Virus record (IMG/VR): IMGVR_UViG_3300010163_000004
Location: 8,935-72,934 of that record
Direction: 5' to 3' (one strand)
Source: a virus
Lineage: Duplodnaviria > Heunggongvirae > Uroviricota > Caudoviricetes
Length of the DNA stretch: 64,000 bases
Shown here: piece by piece, positions 26,900 to 35,194 of the stretch
How positions within the stretch are numbered: the stretch's first letter is position 1
How the letters are laid out: every line of letters begins with the position of its first letter
Notes under the pieces: generated by a model
Told to the model about the DNA's origin: nothing
Databases searched by the model: none
The model's input: only the letters and a program-made list of their open reading frames with translations
Program-made: the position numbers and the translations under genes

Positions 26900-27089
26900 C
26901 TTTAACTATTTCGATTTCATATTCAAGTTCCATAGAATCTCTTAAAGTGTCTAAATCATCTACGAACATAATTACGTCTCCAGAATCCACAAAGTCTCTT
27001 AAGACCTCTATAAAATCAAACTCATCAAGTTCGTCATCACATTCCTTAGCATAGGCTACTCCTGTTCTGCTCAATAATACTCTATACAT
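26889..27089 (-). CDS. Small acidic hypothetical protein
   Basis: 66-aa ORF packed in the operon, TAA stop. Confidence 0.7.
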   Translation of the reverse strand: MYRVLLSRTGVAYAKECDDELDEFDFIEVLRDFVDSGDVIMFVDDLDTLRDSMELEYEIEIVKDEI

Positions 27090-27090
27090 A

Positions 27091-27342
27091 TTAATTACCG
27101 TTTATAATTGACATAATAGTGCCTAAAGAAATAGCACCTACTGTTCTCTTGACTTCCTCATCTCGCTCGTTATAGTATATCAAAACTGGAACATTTCGTA
27201 TACCTCTCGTATTCGCAAGTTCTTCCTCTTCGTCTACATCATGTTTGATGATTTCTATTCCAGTAAGTTGTTCCAACGTCCTGTCTAATACTTTGCATGG
27301 TCCACACCATGATGCTCCAAACTTTTCAATTCTTGTAATCAT
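27091..27342 (-). CDS. trxA: Thioredoxin
   Basis: FGASWCGPCK active site and cis-Pro motif RNVP. Confidence 0.92.
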   Translation of the reverse strand: MITRIEKFGASWCGPCKVLDRTLEQLTGIEIIKHDVDEEEELANTRGIRNVPVLIYYNERDEEVKRTVGAISLGTIMSIINGN

Positions 27343-27365
27343 TTTTAGTTAATTTTTCATTATCC

Positions 27366-27569
27366 TCACTTAAAATAACTAATCTGTGTTTCAATATGTC
27401 TACGTACAAAAGTATCCATATCGAAGTTATCAAAGGTTTTCTTTAACATAAGCTCAGCTTGAGACTATACTGCCTCTTTAAGCCAAGCTCTTATATCATC
27501 CTTGGTGATGCCCAATTCATTATGAAGGTAATTCTTGAACATCGTCCATTTATCATTCTTTTCTGACAT
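27366..27569 (-). CDS. Hypothetical protein, 67 aa, one in-frame TAG (not in ORF track)
   Basis: ATG overlaps the upstream TAA (TAATG). MSEKNDKWTMFKNYLHNELGITKDDIRAWLKEAV[TAG 27465-27467]SQAELML...ISYFK, TGA. It fills the gap almost exactly. Confidence 0.7.
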
Positions 27570-28213
27570 TAAATATGAAAGTCTATTACTGAAATTTCAA
27601 CATCATCTCCTACACTGCCGAGATACCTTTTAAACTCCTTATTCCAAGCATCTTCTTCTTTGTCATCAGAAGTCATACCCCACCAGCCCATAGAAGCTGA
27701 CTCGTGCCATTCACCATCTTCGGTGACAAAACAAAATGGGACTCTATTAGGAAACATACTATCCCAGTCTACTTCAGATTTGGTAGCAGAGATTGCTGTC
27801 AGAGGTACTCCATTTTCATCCTTCTCTTTTAGAATCAACCAAGCTCCCCATCTACCTCCTTCTGAATACCAATCCCATTTAGATTCTGGATTATATGTAG
27901 AAAGTAGATTTTCATCATCATCCATGTCATATCCCCACTTCTTTGCCTCTTCCCAGGCGTCCTCATAGGATATTCCAATACCACCTTCTATAATTTTATT
28001 TGCCTGCTCCTTTTCCCAATCAGACTTAGGGTCTTGATATTTATCTAGTACTTTAAGAGCATATTCGTAATTATCTGCGTGTCTTCTTTTAACTTCATCT
28101 ACAGCTTCGTCTTTAGTGTATCTTACATATGCATCTACTTCTATATTTTCGTCATATGGTTTAAGCAATTCACTAATATTACTACCGAATACAAACCCTA
28201 CAAAATGGCTCAT
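27569..28213 (-). CDS. Conserved phage hypothetical protein
   Basis: 214 aa with MSHF...YNPESKWDWYSEGGRW...GEWHESASMGWWG...IDFHI, a recurrent phage family pattern. Confidence 0.8.
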   Translation of the reverse strand: MSHFVGFVFGSNISELLKPYDENIEVDAYVRYTKDEAVDEVKRRHADNYEYALKVLDKYQDPKSDWEKEQANKIIEGGIGISYEDAWEEAKKWGYDMDDDENLLSTYNPESKWDWYSEGGRWGAWLILKEKDENGVPLTAISATKSEVDWDSMFPNRVPFCFVTEDGEWHESASMGWWGMTSDDKEEDAWNKEFKRYLGSVGDDVEISVIDFHI

Positions 28214-28674
28214 CCTAAATAAGTTTTTACTATTTCCGCTAATTCTTTTCCATCTACATTTCTTAGATAATCCTTGATCTCCTTAATAGCTATTCCCATA
28301 GATTTTTTCGGAATAATAAAATTGTCCTCGTCATTAATCCATCCTTTTCCAGCACAGAGGTTACATATAGCATTATGTATATCTTCTACTGTAGCTTTTC
28401 TAGGCAGAAAAGTATTAATGAAACTGATTTCATATATCTCATTAGATTCCAAGTCTAATCTTCCTGCTTGTTTATATTGCTCAGCACTATCCTTTCTTTG
28501 CTTCATCATTTTATTCAAAATGGCAATTTCAGTAGCGTCGTCTAGAGGCTTAGCATTTTTTGCTGTTTGGTATACAAGGAATTCATTCTTAATAGCTCTC
28601 AAAACTTCTGTTCTAGGTTGGTCTTTATCAAGTATAGCTTGCTTGATTAAGTTATCAATTTTCTCTCTAATCAT
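28210..28674 (-). CDS. GatB/YqeY domain protein
   Basis: LRAIK...ILNKMMKQRKDSAEQYKQAGRLDL...E...INTFLP...MG...VDGK pattern of YqeY. Confidence 0.85.
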   Translation of the reverse strand: MIREKIDNLIKQAILDKDQPRTEVLRAIKNEFLVYQTAKNAKPLDDATEIAILNKMMKQRKDSAEQYKQAGRLDLESNEIYEISFINTFLPRKATVEDIHNAICNLCAGKGWINDEDNFIIPKKSMGIAIKEIKDYLRNVDGKELAEIVKTYLG

Positions 28675-28678
28675 TTTC

Positions 28679-28936
28679 TTACTTATTTACTCTTAAACTG
28701 TCCATCTTCTGTATAATTACACCAGTTATACTATCTCGTTCTTGCTTACATTTCTTGCAAGTTCCAGAATGAGCCATCCCGTAACCTTCCTTAATATAGT
28801 CATGTTCGTCTATAGTATACTCAAATATATAGTTGGTACTGGAAGTGCCTATATAACGACCTTCTGATACATTAGATGTTCTTTCACAACTCATTAGAAA
28901 GAACATAACTAGCAGTAATAAATAATATAATTTCAT
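28679..28936 (-). CDS. Putative lipoprotein
   Basis: MKLYYLLLLVMFFLMSC signal peptide with lipobox Cys. C-terminal HSGTCKKC. Confidence 0.65.
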   Translation of the reverse strand: MKLYYLLLLVMFFLMSCERTSNVSEGRYIGTSSTNYIFEYTIDEHDYIKEGYGMAHSGTCKKCKQERDSITGVIIQKMDSLRVNK

Positions 28937-28944
28937 ATTGATTC

Positions 28945-29154
28945 TTATTTGTTATAATCCAAACTTTTATACAGATAATTTATAGCTTCTAACTGTCCAT
29001 GAGTTAGAGAGAATAATCTTTCATTTATTGAAATATCTATTCCTTCTCCATTATGCCATTCCGTAACTTCGATAAAGTCAGAATCTTTAGCTAAATAGTC
29101 ATATTTCTTCAAATCGTCAGATACTGATTTCTTGTTATAATGTTCCATATTCAT
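28945..29154 (-). CDS. Hypothetical protein
   Basis: 69-aa ORF (IEVTEWHNGEGIDI) in operon orientation. Confidence 0.75.
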   Translation of the reverse strand: MNMEHYNKKSVSDDLKKYDYLAKDSDFIEVTEWHNGEGIDISINERLFSLTHGQLEAINYLYKSLDYNK

Positions 29155-29208
29155 AATACTTTAGTTTTAAACTATTACCTAAAATTTTTATATCTAACAT
29201 TTTTGTAA

Positions 29209-29832
29209 TTATGAAGGATTTAACCAATGATACACATTAGTATTATTGTCTTTCTGGTATTTAATCTTTTCTTTCACTTGATTATAGCTTATTGGAGTAA
29301 AATTATTTAAATCTACTCCTACATCATATTGACAAGGAAAACAAATTTTAGTTCTCTCGTTATCTAGTCCAATACTATCAGGACTTAGATGTAAGTGGCC
29401 AAACAACTGCCACACTCCTATATACGAACCTCCATAACAAAGAAATGGATAATGATTCAAATAGATGGAGATATCTTCTATTTCTATTTGTAGTTGCGGA
29501 ACTACCATGTCAAAAAATGACATATATCCTTTCCTAAGATTCTTCCTGTCATGATTTCCTATAATAAGGTTTATATAACCTTTTAGACGAGGGATAATCT
29601 CTTTCCATACATTACTTCCACCAAGGGCGAAATCTCCTAAGTGAAAGACTGTATCATCGTCAGAGACCACTTTATTCCAATTTTCTATCAAGACTTCGTT
29701 CATTTCCTTGACATTTTCAAATGGACGTTTACAAAGCCTTATAATATTTGCATGACCAAAATGTGTATCAGATGTGAAAAATGTATGGTCTGGGCTATAC
29801 CTAAACTTCTTTTCACTCATAATCCTTACCAA
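29209..29832 (-). CDS. Calcineurin-like metallophosphoesterase
   Basis: FTSDTHFGH, HLGDF, GNHD, HYP, GHLH, DVGVD motifs. Confidence 0.9.
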   Translation of the reverse strand: MVRIMSEKKFRYSPDHTFFTSDTHFGHANIIRLCKRPFENVKEMNEVLIENWNKVVSDDDTVFHLGDFALGGSNVWKEIIPRLKGYINLIIGNHDRKNLRKGYMSFFDMVVPQLQIEIEDISIYLNHYPFLCYGGSYIGVWQLFGHLHLSPDSIGLDNERTKICFPCQYDVGVDLNNFTPISYNQVKEKIKYQKDNNTNVYHWLNPS

Positions 29833-29847
29833 TTTTGTATTTTAATA

Positions 29848-30105
29848 TTAAGAAATCAATTCTTTAAGCTTAGCTATATACTTACTATTGTCTTCTGCAA
29901 CTTGAGAATTAAAGTCTATTTGAGTCTGAATTGATGCTATTTCGTTTTGTTTAACCTTAATGTCCTCAGCAATGGCTGTATTTAAAGCTATTGCCTGGTC
30001 GTAAGACGTCTTAAAAATGTTCTTTACTTCTGCAAGTTGTTCTGCAAATGATTTTACCGCCTTTTTACCAAAAATGTTTGAAGTACTACTCATGTTATTT
30101 AACAA
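29848..30105 (-). CDS. Coiled-coil hypothetical protein
   Basis: 85-aa helical ORF in the operon. Confidence 0.7.
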   Translation of the reverse strand: MLNNMSSTSNIFGKKAVKSFAEQLAEVKNIFKTSYDQAIALNTAIAEDIKVKQNEIASIQTQIDFNSQVAEDNSKYIAKLKELIS

Positions 30106-30351
30106 TTACTTTCCATTAGAAAAAAAATCTGATTCAATAATATCCATATCACCTGATTTGTAAGTGATGTCAAGGTTCTCAATCTTCTTTAACTTGTCTA
30201 CAAGTTCTTTAGCAAGTACTGTATTCAGTCTCTTTATAAAAGTCAATCTTATAACCGTATAATCTATATAGTTCCTGGTTAAGCTCAGTAAATACGCTAT
30301 ATGGCATTTTTTTGTTCTGTCTAGCAAAGTAAGCTGGATGATAGACCTCAA
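30106..30351 (-). CDS. Possible small protein overlapping the UDG 3' end; start uncertain
   Basis: TTG-start ORF whose 3' half fills the 30106-30208 gap and whose 5' half overlaps UDG. Confidence 0.35.
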   Translation of the reverse strand: MRSIIQLTLLDRTKKCHIAYLLSLTRNYIDYTVIRLTFIKRLNTVLAKELVDKLKKIENLDITYKSGDMDIIESDFFSNGK

Positions 30352-30895
30352 TAATTTTTGGACTATTCACAATATACTTCTTAAACGAAGATGCTTGGTT
30401 GCCAAACAATACGTATATTATGCCCCCATCTCTAGTGCTAAGGTTATGAATTAACTTAGCTGTAAATGGTCTCCATATATCATAATGCGAACCTACTCTT
30501 CCAACTTCACAAGTAAAAGCAGTATTAATCATTAATATACCTTGTTTGGCCCAAGATTCTAAAGTGTTATCGAACTCTATAAGATTATGCGGGATTTCAT
30601 AATTGATTGCAGCTTCTTTGACTATCTGAAGTGAAGGCGATAGTTTCTCTTCTGGAGTATCCTCTGAATTTCCGAATAATATTCCAGTAGCTACTCCCTG
30701 CTGCGGATAAGGGTCTTGACCTAAGAAGACAACCTTACAATCTTTAAGAGAACAAGCTTGAAATGCTTTAAATACATTTTGCGATGAAGGACATAAGATG
30801 GATTTATCTAGCTTACTCATCCACGTTACTACTCTGCGTAGCTCAGGACCATCTATTACTCCCATCCAATCTCCGAAATATTCACCTGCCGTCAT
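30209..30895 (-). CDS. ung: Uracil-DNA glycosylase (family 1)
   Basis: VVFLGQDPYP, SPSL, WAKQGILMIN, HPAY motifs. Confidence 0.93.
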   Translation of the reverse strand: MTAGEYFGDWMGVIDGPELRRVVTWMSKLDKSILCPSSQNVFKAFQACSLKDCKVVFLGQDPYPQQGVATGILFGNSEDTPEEKLSPSLQIVKEAAINYEIPHNLIEFDNTLESWAKQGILMINTAFTCEVGRVGSHYDIWRPFTAKLIHNLSTRDGGIIYVLFGNQASSFKKYIVNSPKIIEVYHPAYFARQNKKMPYSVFTELNQELYRLYGYKIDFYKETEYSTC

Positions 30896-31172
30896 TTTCT
30901 TCTTTAAATTCAGAAATTTTATCCAACATTATCTGTCCTAGATTCTCAGCTTTGGACCTAAGGATTTTATTAGTCCCATACTCTCCATCGAAATAAGGAT
31001 TATCAATATAGGGAACGCTGAGAGTATAGCTATATTTTGGTTTGAGTGCCCATCCTAAAAAACTTCTGGGAGTCTTGTAAATTCTCCCAGAAATTGTTAA
31101 AGAAATGTACCTTATCCCAACAAATAAGTTATCTATAGTTATGTCCTTAGAATATATTAATTGTCTAACCAT
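30882..31172 (-). CDS. Hypothetical protein
   Basis: 96-aa ORF overlapping both neighbours. Confidence 0.7.
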   Translation of the reverse strand: MVRQLIYSKDITIDNLFVGIRYISLTISGRIYKTPRSFLGWALKPKYSYTLSVPYIDNPYFDGEYGTNKILRSKAENLGQIMLDKISEFKEENDGR

Positions 31173-32098
31173 CCTCTTTTAATAAATTCAGCATGGAGAG
31201 GTTCTGCTAATTCTCTAGCTTGTGGGTGAGCGCCTGGAGCATCTCTCAATGCAAAGAATCCATTCCATTGTTCTACAGTGCCAGTCATAACCAACTCGGT
31301 CTTCAAACTATTAGGAAGAACTGTTCTAGCTTGTTGAGGCTTCCACCCACAGTATTGGACTAAGAAATTGTAAGTCCTTTCAGCCTCTAATAGTAAGTCT
31401 ATAAAATGCTCATGCTCAGATAGGTCAGTTCTAATACTGCAAGAAGGATCATTCTTATCGGTGAATTGCTGTTCCTCGTAGTCTAGCCAACTAGGGATAA
31501 TGAATGTACACTCGTTATCAAACTTATCCTTACTGTAATTACAATAACGGGTTGATTCTTGTGCAAAACTAAATACTCTATGTCTTACAAATTCATGTGA
31601 TACTCCTCTATCACAGATAAACTTAACAGTAATTCTTTTTTCATGTTCTTTTCCAGGCTCGCAGATATACTGCAAATCATCTAGCCAGTTATTTTCTACA
31701 AGAACTCTATAATTGGTAGTAACAAAGCCCAACCAAGTTCCTTTCTCGGCCTTTCCAGTGCTATTGGCTCCAGTGCTATTAGCTACAGAATATGGATTAT
31801 TACAATATTTAAAATACTGTTGTCTGGAATCCGTATTTAGTAATAAGTAAACAGTACCGTGTTCAAGCACAGCTCCATGACCCGACTTTACCATTCTTTC
31901 TACAAATTCTTTAGCAGATGTGTCTGTAATTTTATCTTCAGATTTATAACAGGTTCTTCCAGCTATTTCTATTTGTCTATACACGGAACTTAGAAGTTCT
32001 TCTCTTACCATGCGTGAGCCTATTTCCATATCGGCAGGAATAGCGATAGCCCTTGGCTTTTGTTCTAAAATTTCAAATGAAGGTTTGATTAAACGCAT
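31157..32098 (-). CDS. thyX: FAD-dependent thymidylate synthase
   Basis: GHGAVLEH and RGVSHEFVRHRVFSFAQESTRY (ThyX signature), QQARTVLP, HPQARE. Confidence 0.95.
   Translation of the reverse strand: MRLIKPSFEILEQKPRAIAIPADMEIGSRMVREELLSSVYRQIEIAGRTCYKSEDKITDTSAKEFVERMVKSGHGAVLEHGTVYLLLNTDSRQQYFKYCNNPYSVANSTGANSTGKAEKGTWLGFVTTNYRVLVENNWLDDLQYICEPGKEHEKRITVKFICDRGVSHEFVRHRVFSFAQESTRYCNYSKDKFDNECTFIIPSWLDYEEQQFTDKNDPSCSIRTDLSEHEHFIDLLLEAERTYNFLVQYCGWKPQQARTVLPNSLKTELVMTGTVEQWNGFFALRDAPGAHPQARELAEPLHAEFIKRGWLDN
31755..31784. repeat. 15-bp tandem duplication within thyX
   Basis: CCAGTGCTATTGGCT CCAGTGCTATTAGCT (one mismatch), encoding ANSTG-ANSTG. Confidence 0.85.
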
Positions 32099-32268
32099 AA
32101 GTCTTTATATTTATCGGTTAGTATATCATTATCTAAGTCAGCTTCATTATACTCAGTTAGAGCTTCATCATACCATGTCCAATTATCAACTCCTCCAGCT
32201 TCTAGATAACTGAGTTTAATACTATCTCGTATTAAGTCGGCTAGCTCCTCCTTACTAATCAGTTTCAT
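32089..32268 (-). CDS. Small phage protein (LEAGGVDNWTWY family), 59 aa, not in ORF track
   Basis: Hand translation MKLISKEELADLIRDSIKLSYLEAGGVDNWTWYDEA..., with ATGA overlap with the upstream gene. Confidence 0.75.
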   Translation of the reverse strand: MKLISKEELADLIRDSIKLSYLEAGGVDNWTWYDEALTEYNEADLDNDILTDKYKDLCV

Positions 32269-32486
32269 TGCATTTTAGATTTTACTATATGAATTGCTTC
32301 ATCTACTCCCATTCTATATCCTCCCCAATACTGATATGCAGTGTCTGTTCCAGCATTACTCCTTAATCTTTCTGCCCTATCCTTAAGACTTCTTAGTTCC
32401 TCTAGAACTATTAGCACCTCTAGTCTCTTAGATTGACTTCCTGGAAATGATTGGTTATTTAACATATCATTATCTGTTACTGCCAT
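32265..32486 (-). CDS. Hypothetical protein
   Basis: 73-aa ORF overlapping neighbours. Confidence 0.65.
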   Translation of the reverse strand: MAVTDNDMLNNQSFPGSQSKRLEVLIVLEELRSLKDRAERLRSNAGTDTAYQYWGGYRMGVDEAIHIVKSKMQ

Positions 32487-32857
32487 AATCCTATTTCCTT
32501 ACCTACTAATTCATCAATAAAGCAGAATCTGGTTCCGTCTTTTAAAGAATGTATATATTCCTTACAATGTAAAACTAAGGGAGCATCATCTTTTATTCCG
32601 ACAATTTGTCCAGTCCTATAAGGTTCTTTATCAGAAGATTTCTTTGGATTAATTCCAATAAAGAATACTGCTGTGTCTTTATATTTAGAACACTTCTTAC
32701 AGGCATGGTCAGAAAATCCTATAGCTTTCCCATGTAATTTCTCTACTTCAGAAGCAGCTTTCTCTGAAAGAAGGGAATTCATTATGATCCCCTCCTCTGC
32801 TACTTCTCCGCAAATAGGACATATATACTTAACTATAGAAACCTTGAAATTATCCAT
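32477..32857 (-). CDS. Hypothetical Cys-containing (putative Zn-binding) protein
   Basis: CPICG and CKKC pairs. Confidence 0.75.
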   Translation of the reverse strand: MDNFKVSIVKYICPICGEVAEEGIIMNSLLSEKAASEVEKLHGKAIGFSDHACKKCSKYKDTAVFFIGINPKKSSDKEPYRTGQIVGIKDDAPLVLHCKEYIHSLKDGTRFCFIDELVGKEIGLWQ

Positions 32858-33269
32858 GTTTACACCTCTTACAAGGTTTGTAACCTTTCTTCCTTGCTTC
32901 AGAAAGTGATATTTCTTCTACCTTCGGATTTCGTGTTTTCAAAGATGCACAGCCTCTATCCGTATGATAAACACTACCAGTTTTTGTTACATAGACGTAT
33001 TCTTCATCATCTATACATCCGCCGGTAGGATTTCCGGCTTCGTCACAATAAGCGCCGCTATTAGCTAATATAAGTCTACCGTTATCGGCTTCTATTACTT
33101 CATCACCATTTTCTAAATACATATCCACTACCTTTATTAAAGTTAAACTTTTGATCGAATGATAATCATGTCTGATATCCCGCTCTGCTTCATGCTGATT
33201 TTCTGCAAGAGTCCAGACATTCTGGTCCATACCATTAGTATGTTCTATGTGGTATATAAACTTCTCCAT
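32850..33269 (-). CDS. Protein with C-terminal Ada-like metal-binding domain
   Basis: VYVTKTGSVYHTDRGC...ARKKGYKPCKRC. Confidence 0.75.
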   Translation of the reverse strand: MEKFIYHIEHTNGMDQNVWTLAENQHEAERDIRHDYHSIKSLTLIKVVDMYLENGDEVIEADNGRLILANSGAYCDEAGNPTGGCIDDEEYVYVTKTGSVYHTDRGCASLKTRNPKVEEISLSEARKKGYKPCKRCKHG

Positions 33270-33270
33270 T

Positions 33271-33417
33271 TTAACCCTCCTTAATAAGCTCCACTAAAGT
33301 CAGATTTCGAAAGGTCTCTCTGAGGGATTTTCTGGCCTCTTCTTCACTTGGAGCTTCTATTGTAATTGTCTCAGCACATCTAGTTTTAAATTCTATATAG
33401 TATGTATAGGTTTTCAT
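33271..33417 (-). CDS. Small hypothetical protein, 48 aa, not in ORF track
   Basis: MKTYTYYIEFKTRCAETITIEAPSEEEARK..., fills the gap. Confidence 0.65.
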   Translation of the reverse strand: MKTYTYYIEFKTRCAETITIEAPSEEEARKSLRETFRNLTLVELIKEG

Positions 33418-33425
33418 CTTAATAT

Positions 33426-34049
33426 TTATTTTTGGTTATAGTATAAAAGTGTAGGATTATCGCCATGTATATCTATTGGGTCTAACTGATATAAGGCTAG
33501 CTTCTGAGAAAATTGCCGCCTGTCAAATCCATGCGAAATAAGGTGATATCCGTTTACAGTAGGAATAATATGTTTAATTCTTTCTTCCTCAGAACCTCTA
33601 CACTCTTTAATTAAAGAAATTATTTTCTGCCGATATTGATCATCTTTAGAATCTACGTCAACTATCCATAATTTCTTATAGTTGATACTTCTGCTAGCAC
33701 CAGTAGCCCTGTCATATACTGCAATACCTTGTCTAGTGTTTTTACTCTTTATTAAGTCAGTAAATTGCTTAATAGATTCACAAGCTATATCGAAAGTATT
33801 TCTTGGGTTTATCCAGAAATAAGCACGAGCGTTATTACTATTACATAAGTCTTTTATGTAAAGTTCTTGCCTTAAAAATTCTTCCTTAGTGAAGAAATAG
33901 AAACTTCTAATAGTTCTAGCACCTGAGGTGTATGATGGGAGTTCTACTCCATCCTTCTTTCGCTGAATTATTTGTACAAAGTAAAAATCATCTTTATCTA
34001 TTAATTCGTCAAACAGTTTAGATAGATATTCAAAGTTATCTACTATCAT
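33426..34049 (-). CDS. Hypothetical protein with possible AEP/primase-polymerase-like motifs
   Basis: WIVDVD (DxD) followed about 30 aa later by TVNGYHLI, plus RAYFWINPR. Confidence 0.6.
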   Translation of the reverse strand: MIVDNFEYLSKLFDELIDKDDFYFVQIIQRKKDGVELPSYTSGARTIRSFYFFTKEEFLRQELYIKDLCNSNNARAYFWINPRNTFDIACESIKQFTDLIKSKNTRQGIAVYDRATGASRSINYKKLWIVDVDSKDDQYRQKIISLIKECRGSEEERIKHIIPTVNGYHLISHGFDRRQFSQKLALYQLDPIDIHGDNPTLLYYNQK

Positions 34050-34273
34050 GTAAACAGTCCTCCAAATATTCCATTAAATAATTTATCATCAAGGTATTCT
34101 GGTTTACATTTAGTTATAATGAGTTGTCTAAATGCATTTCCATGTTTTCTTCTTAAATAATCCTCAAGAGAACATTTTGCCATCAATTCATTATCTTTGT
34201 TCTTAACCTTTATTTCTTTATCATAAAGGATTTCGTTAAATAAAACTACATTGTAGTTAATCCTATAATTCAT
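34046..34273 (-). CDS. Hypothetical protein
   Basis: 75-aa ORF with ATGA overlap downstream. Confidence 0.7.
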   Translation of the reverse strand: MNYRINYNVVLFNEILYDKEIKVKNKDNELMAKCSLEDYLRRKHGNAFRQLIITKCKPEYLDDKLFNGIFGGLFT

Positions 34274-34516
34274 TTCTAAGCTCTTCTCTTATTTGTTTTT
34301 TGCTAAGCTGCCTAGCTTTTCTCTTATCTACACAATCTATCATAATTTCCCCAAATCTTTTGAAGTATGTTTCTCCTCCCCCCCCCATCCTTGAGAGCCA
34401 TAAGCACGTCTTTTTCTTCTCCTCTCTTTTTTACCTTCGTTGTCTAAGTATGGAGAAGGAAACCTATTTTTTGGATTATGTGCTACTGGATGATGTTCCT
34501 CAGGTGTTCTACTCAT
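34257..34516 (-). pseudogene. Small basic protein frameshifted at a G9 tract
   Basis: MSRTPEEHHPVAHNPKNRFPSPYL...RRAYGSQGW, then G9 (34378-34386). The current frame stops at TGA 34340-34342. G7 or G10 would continue as GGETYFKRFGEIMIDCVDKRKARQLSKKQIREELRNEL up to the next gene start. Confidence 0.55.
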
Positions 34517-34641
34517 ATAAGCTTCTCTATATAGTCTCTTCCTTCTCTTGGAAAAGTAGTTCTTGAATCTGATTAGTATTTAATCCTTGTAATACCTATT
34601 CCATGTACGAGATAGTACATCCTCATAGAGATTAAAACTTT

Positions 34642-35184
34642 TCATAGCTTATCAATTAAGATTTCTTTGTCTAAATCTTTTCCACTATAGTCTACAATTT
34701 TGAGTATCCAATTCCCTTTAAATCTGGCTTTGCATACTTCCTTAGCTAGAGCTATTACATCTTCTGGAGAATGGAAAGCATTAGTATTGTTACCAATTTT
34801 ATATCCCCACCACCGTGAATTATCCTCTTCAATTTCTTCGCGAGTAACAGGTCGCACTAGTTCAATATGATACATTCCTCCAGCTAGAGGATTTTTTTCT
34901 TCAGCATCGTAGGTTTCTGAACATATAGTCCTTGTGTTTGGACTATCTTCCTGACTAAAGCTTATACCTTCTATGTCTAAATTGCCATAGTAATGAACTG
35001 CGACACAACTAGTTCCTATATAGGTAGTTACGTTTAAGACGATTTCTCTAGGGCGATTTTGTTCTTTCCACTGACCTCTGGTGATAAATCTAGGAATAGA
35101 TATATCTAATCCAGCATCATCAGAGATTATCTCTGGATAGTCCCTTCTGTCCCAGCAATGTTCTACTGCTTTATTCAAATCCAT
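34642..35184 (-). CDS. Hypothetical protein
   Basis: 180-aa ORF in the operon. Confidence 0.8.
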   Translation of the reverse strand: MDLNKAVEHCWDRRDYPEIISDDAGLDISIPRFITRGQWKEQNRPREIVLNVTTYIGTSCVAVHYYGNLDIEGISFSQEDSPNTRTICSETYDAEEKNPLAGGMYHIELVRPVTREEIEEDNSRWWGYKIGNNTNAFHSPEDVIALAKEVCKARFKGNWILKIVDYSGKDLDKEILIDKL

Positions 35185-35194
35185 TTAATCCCAT

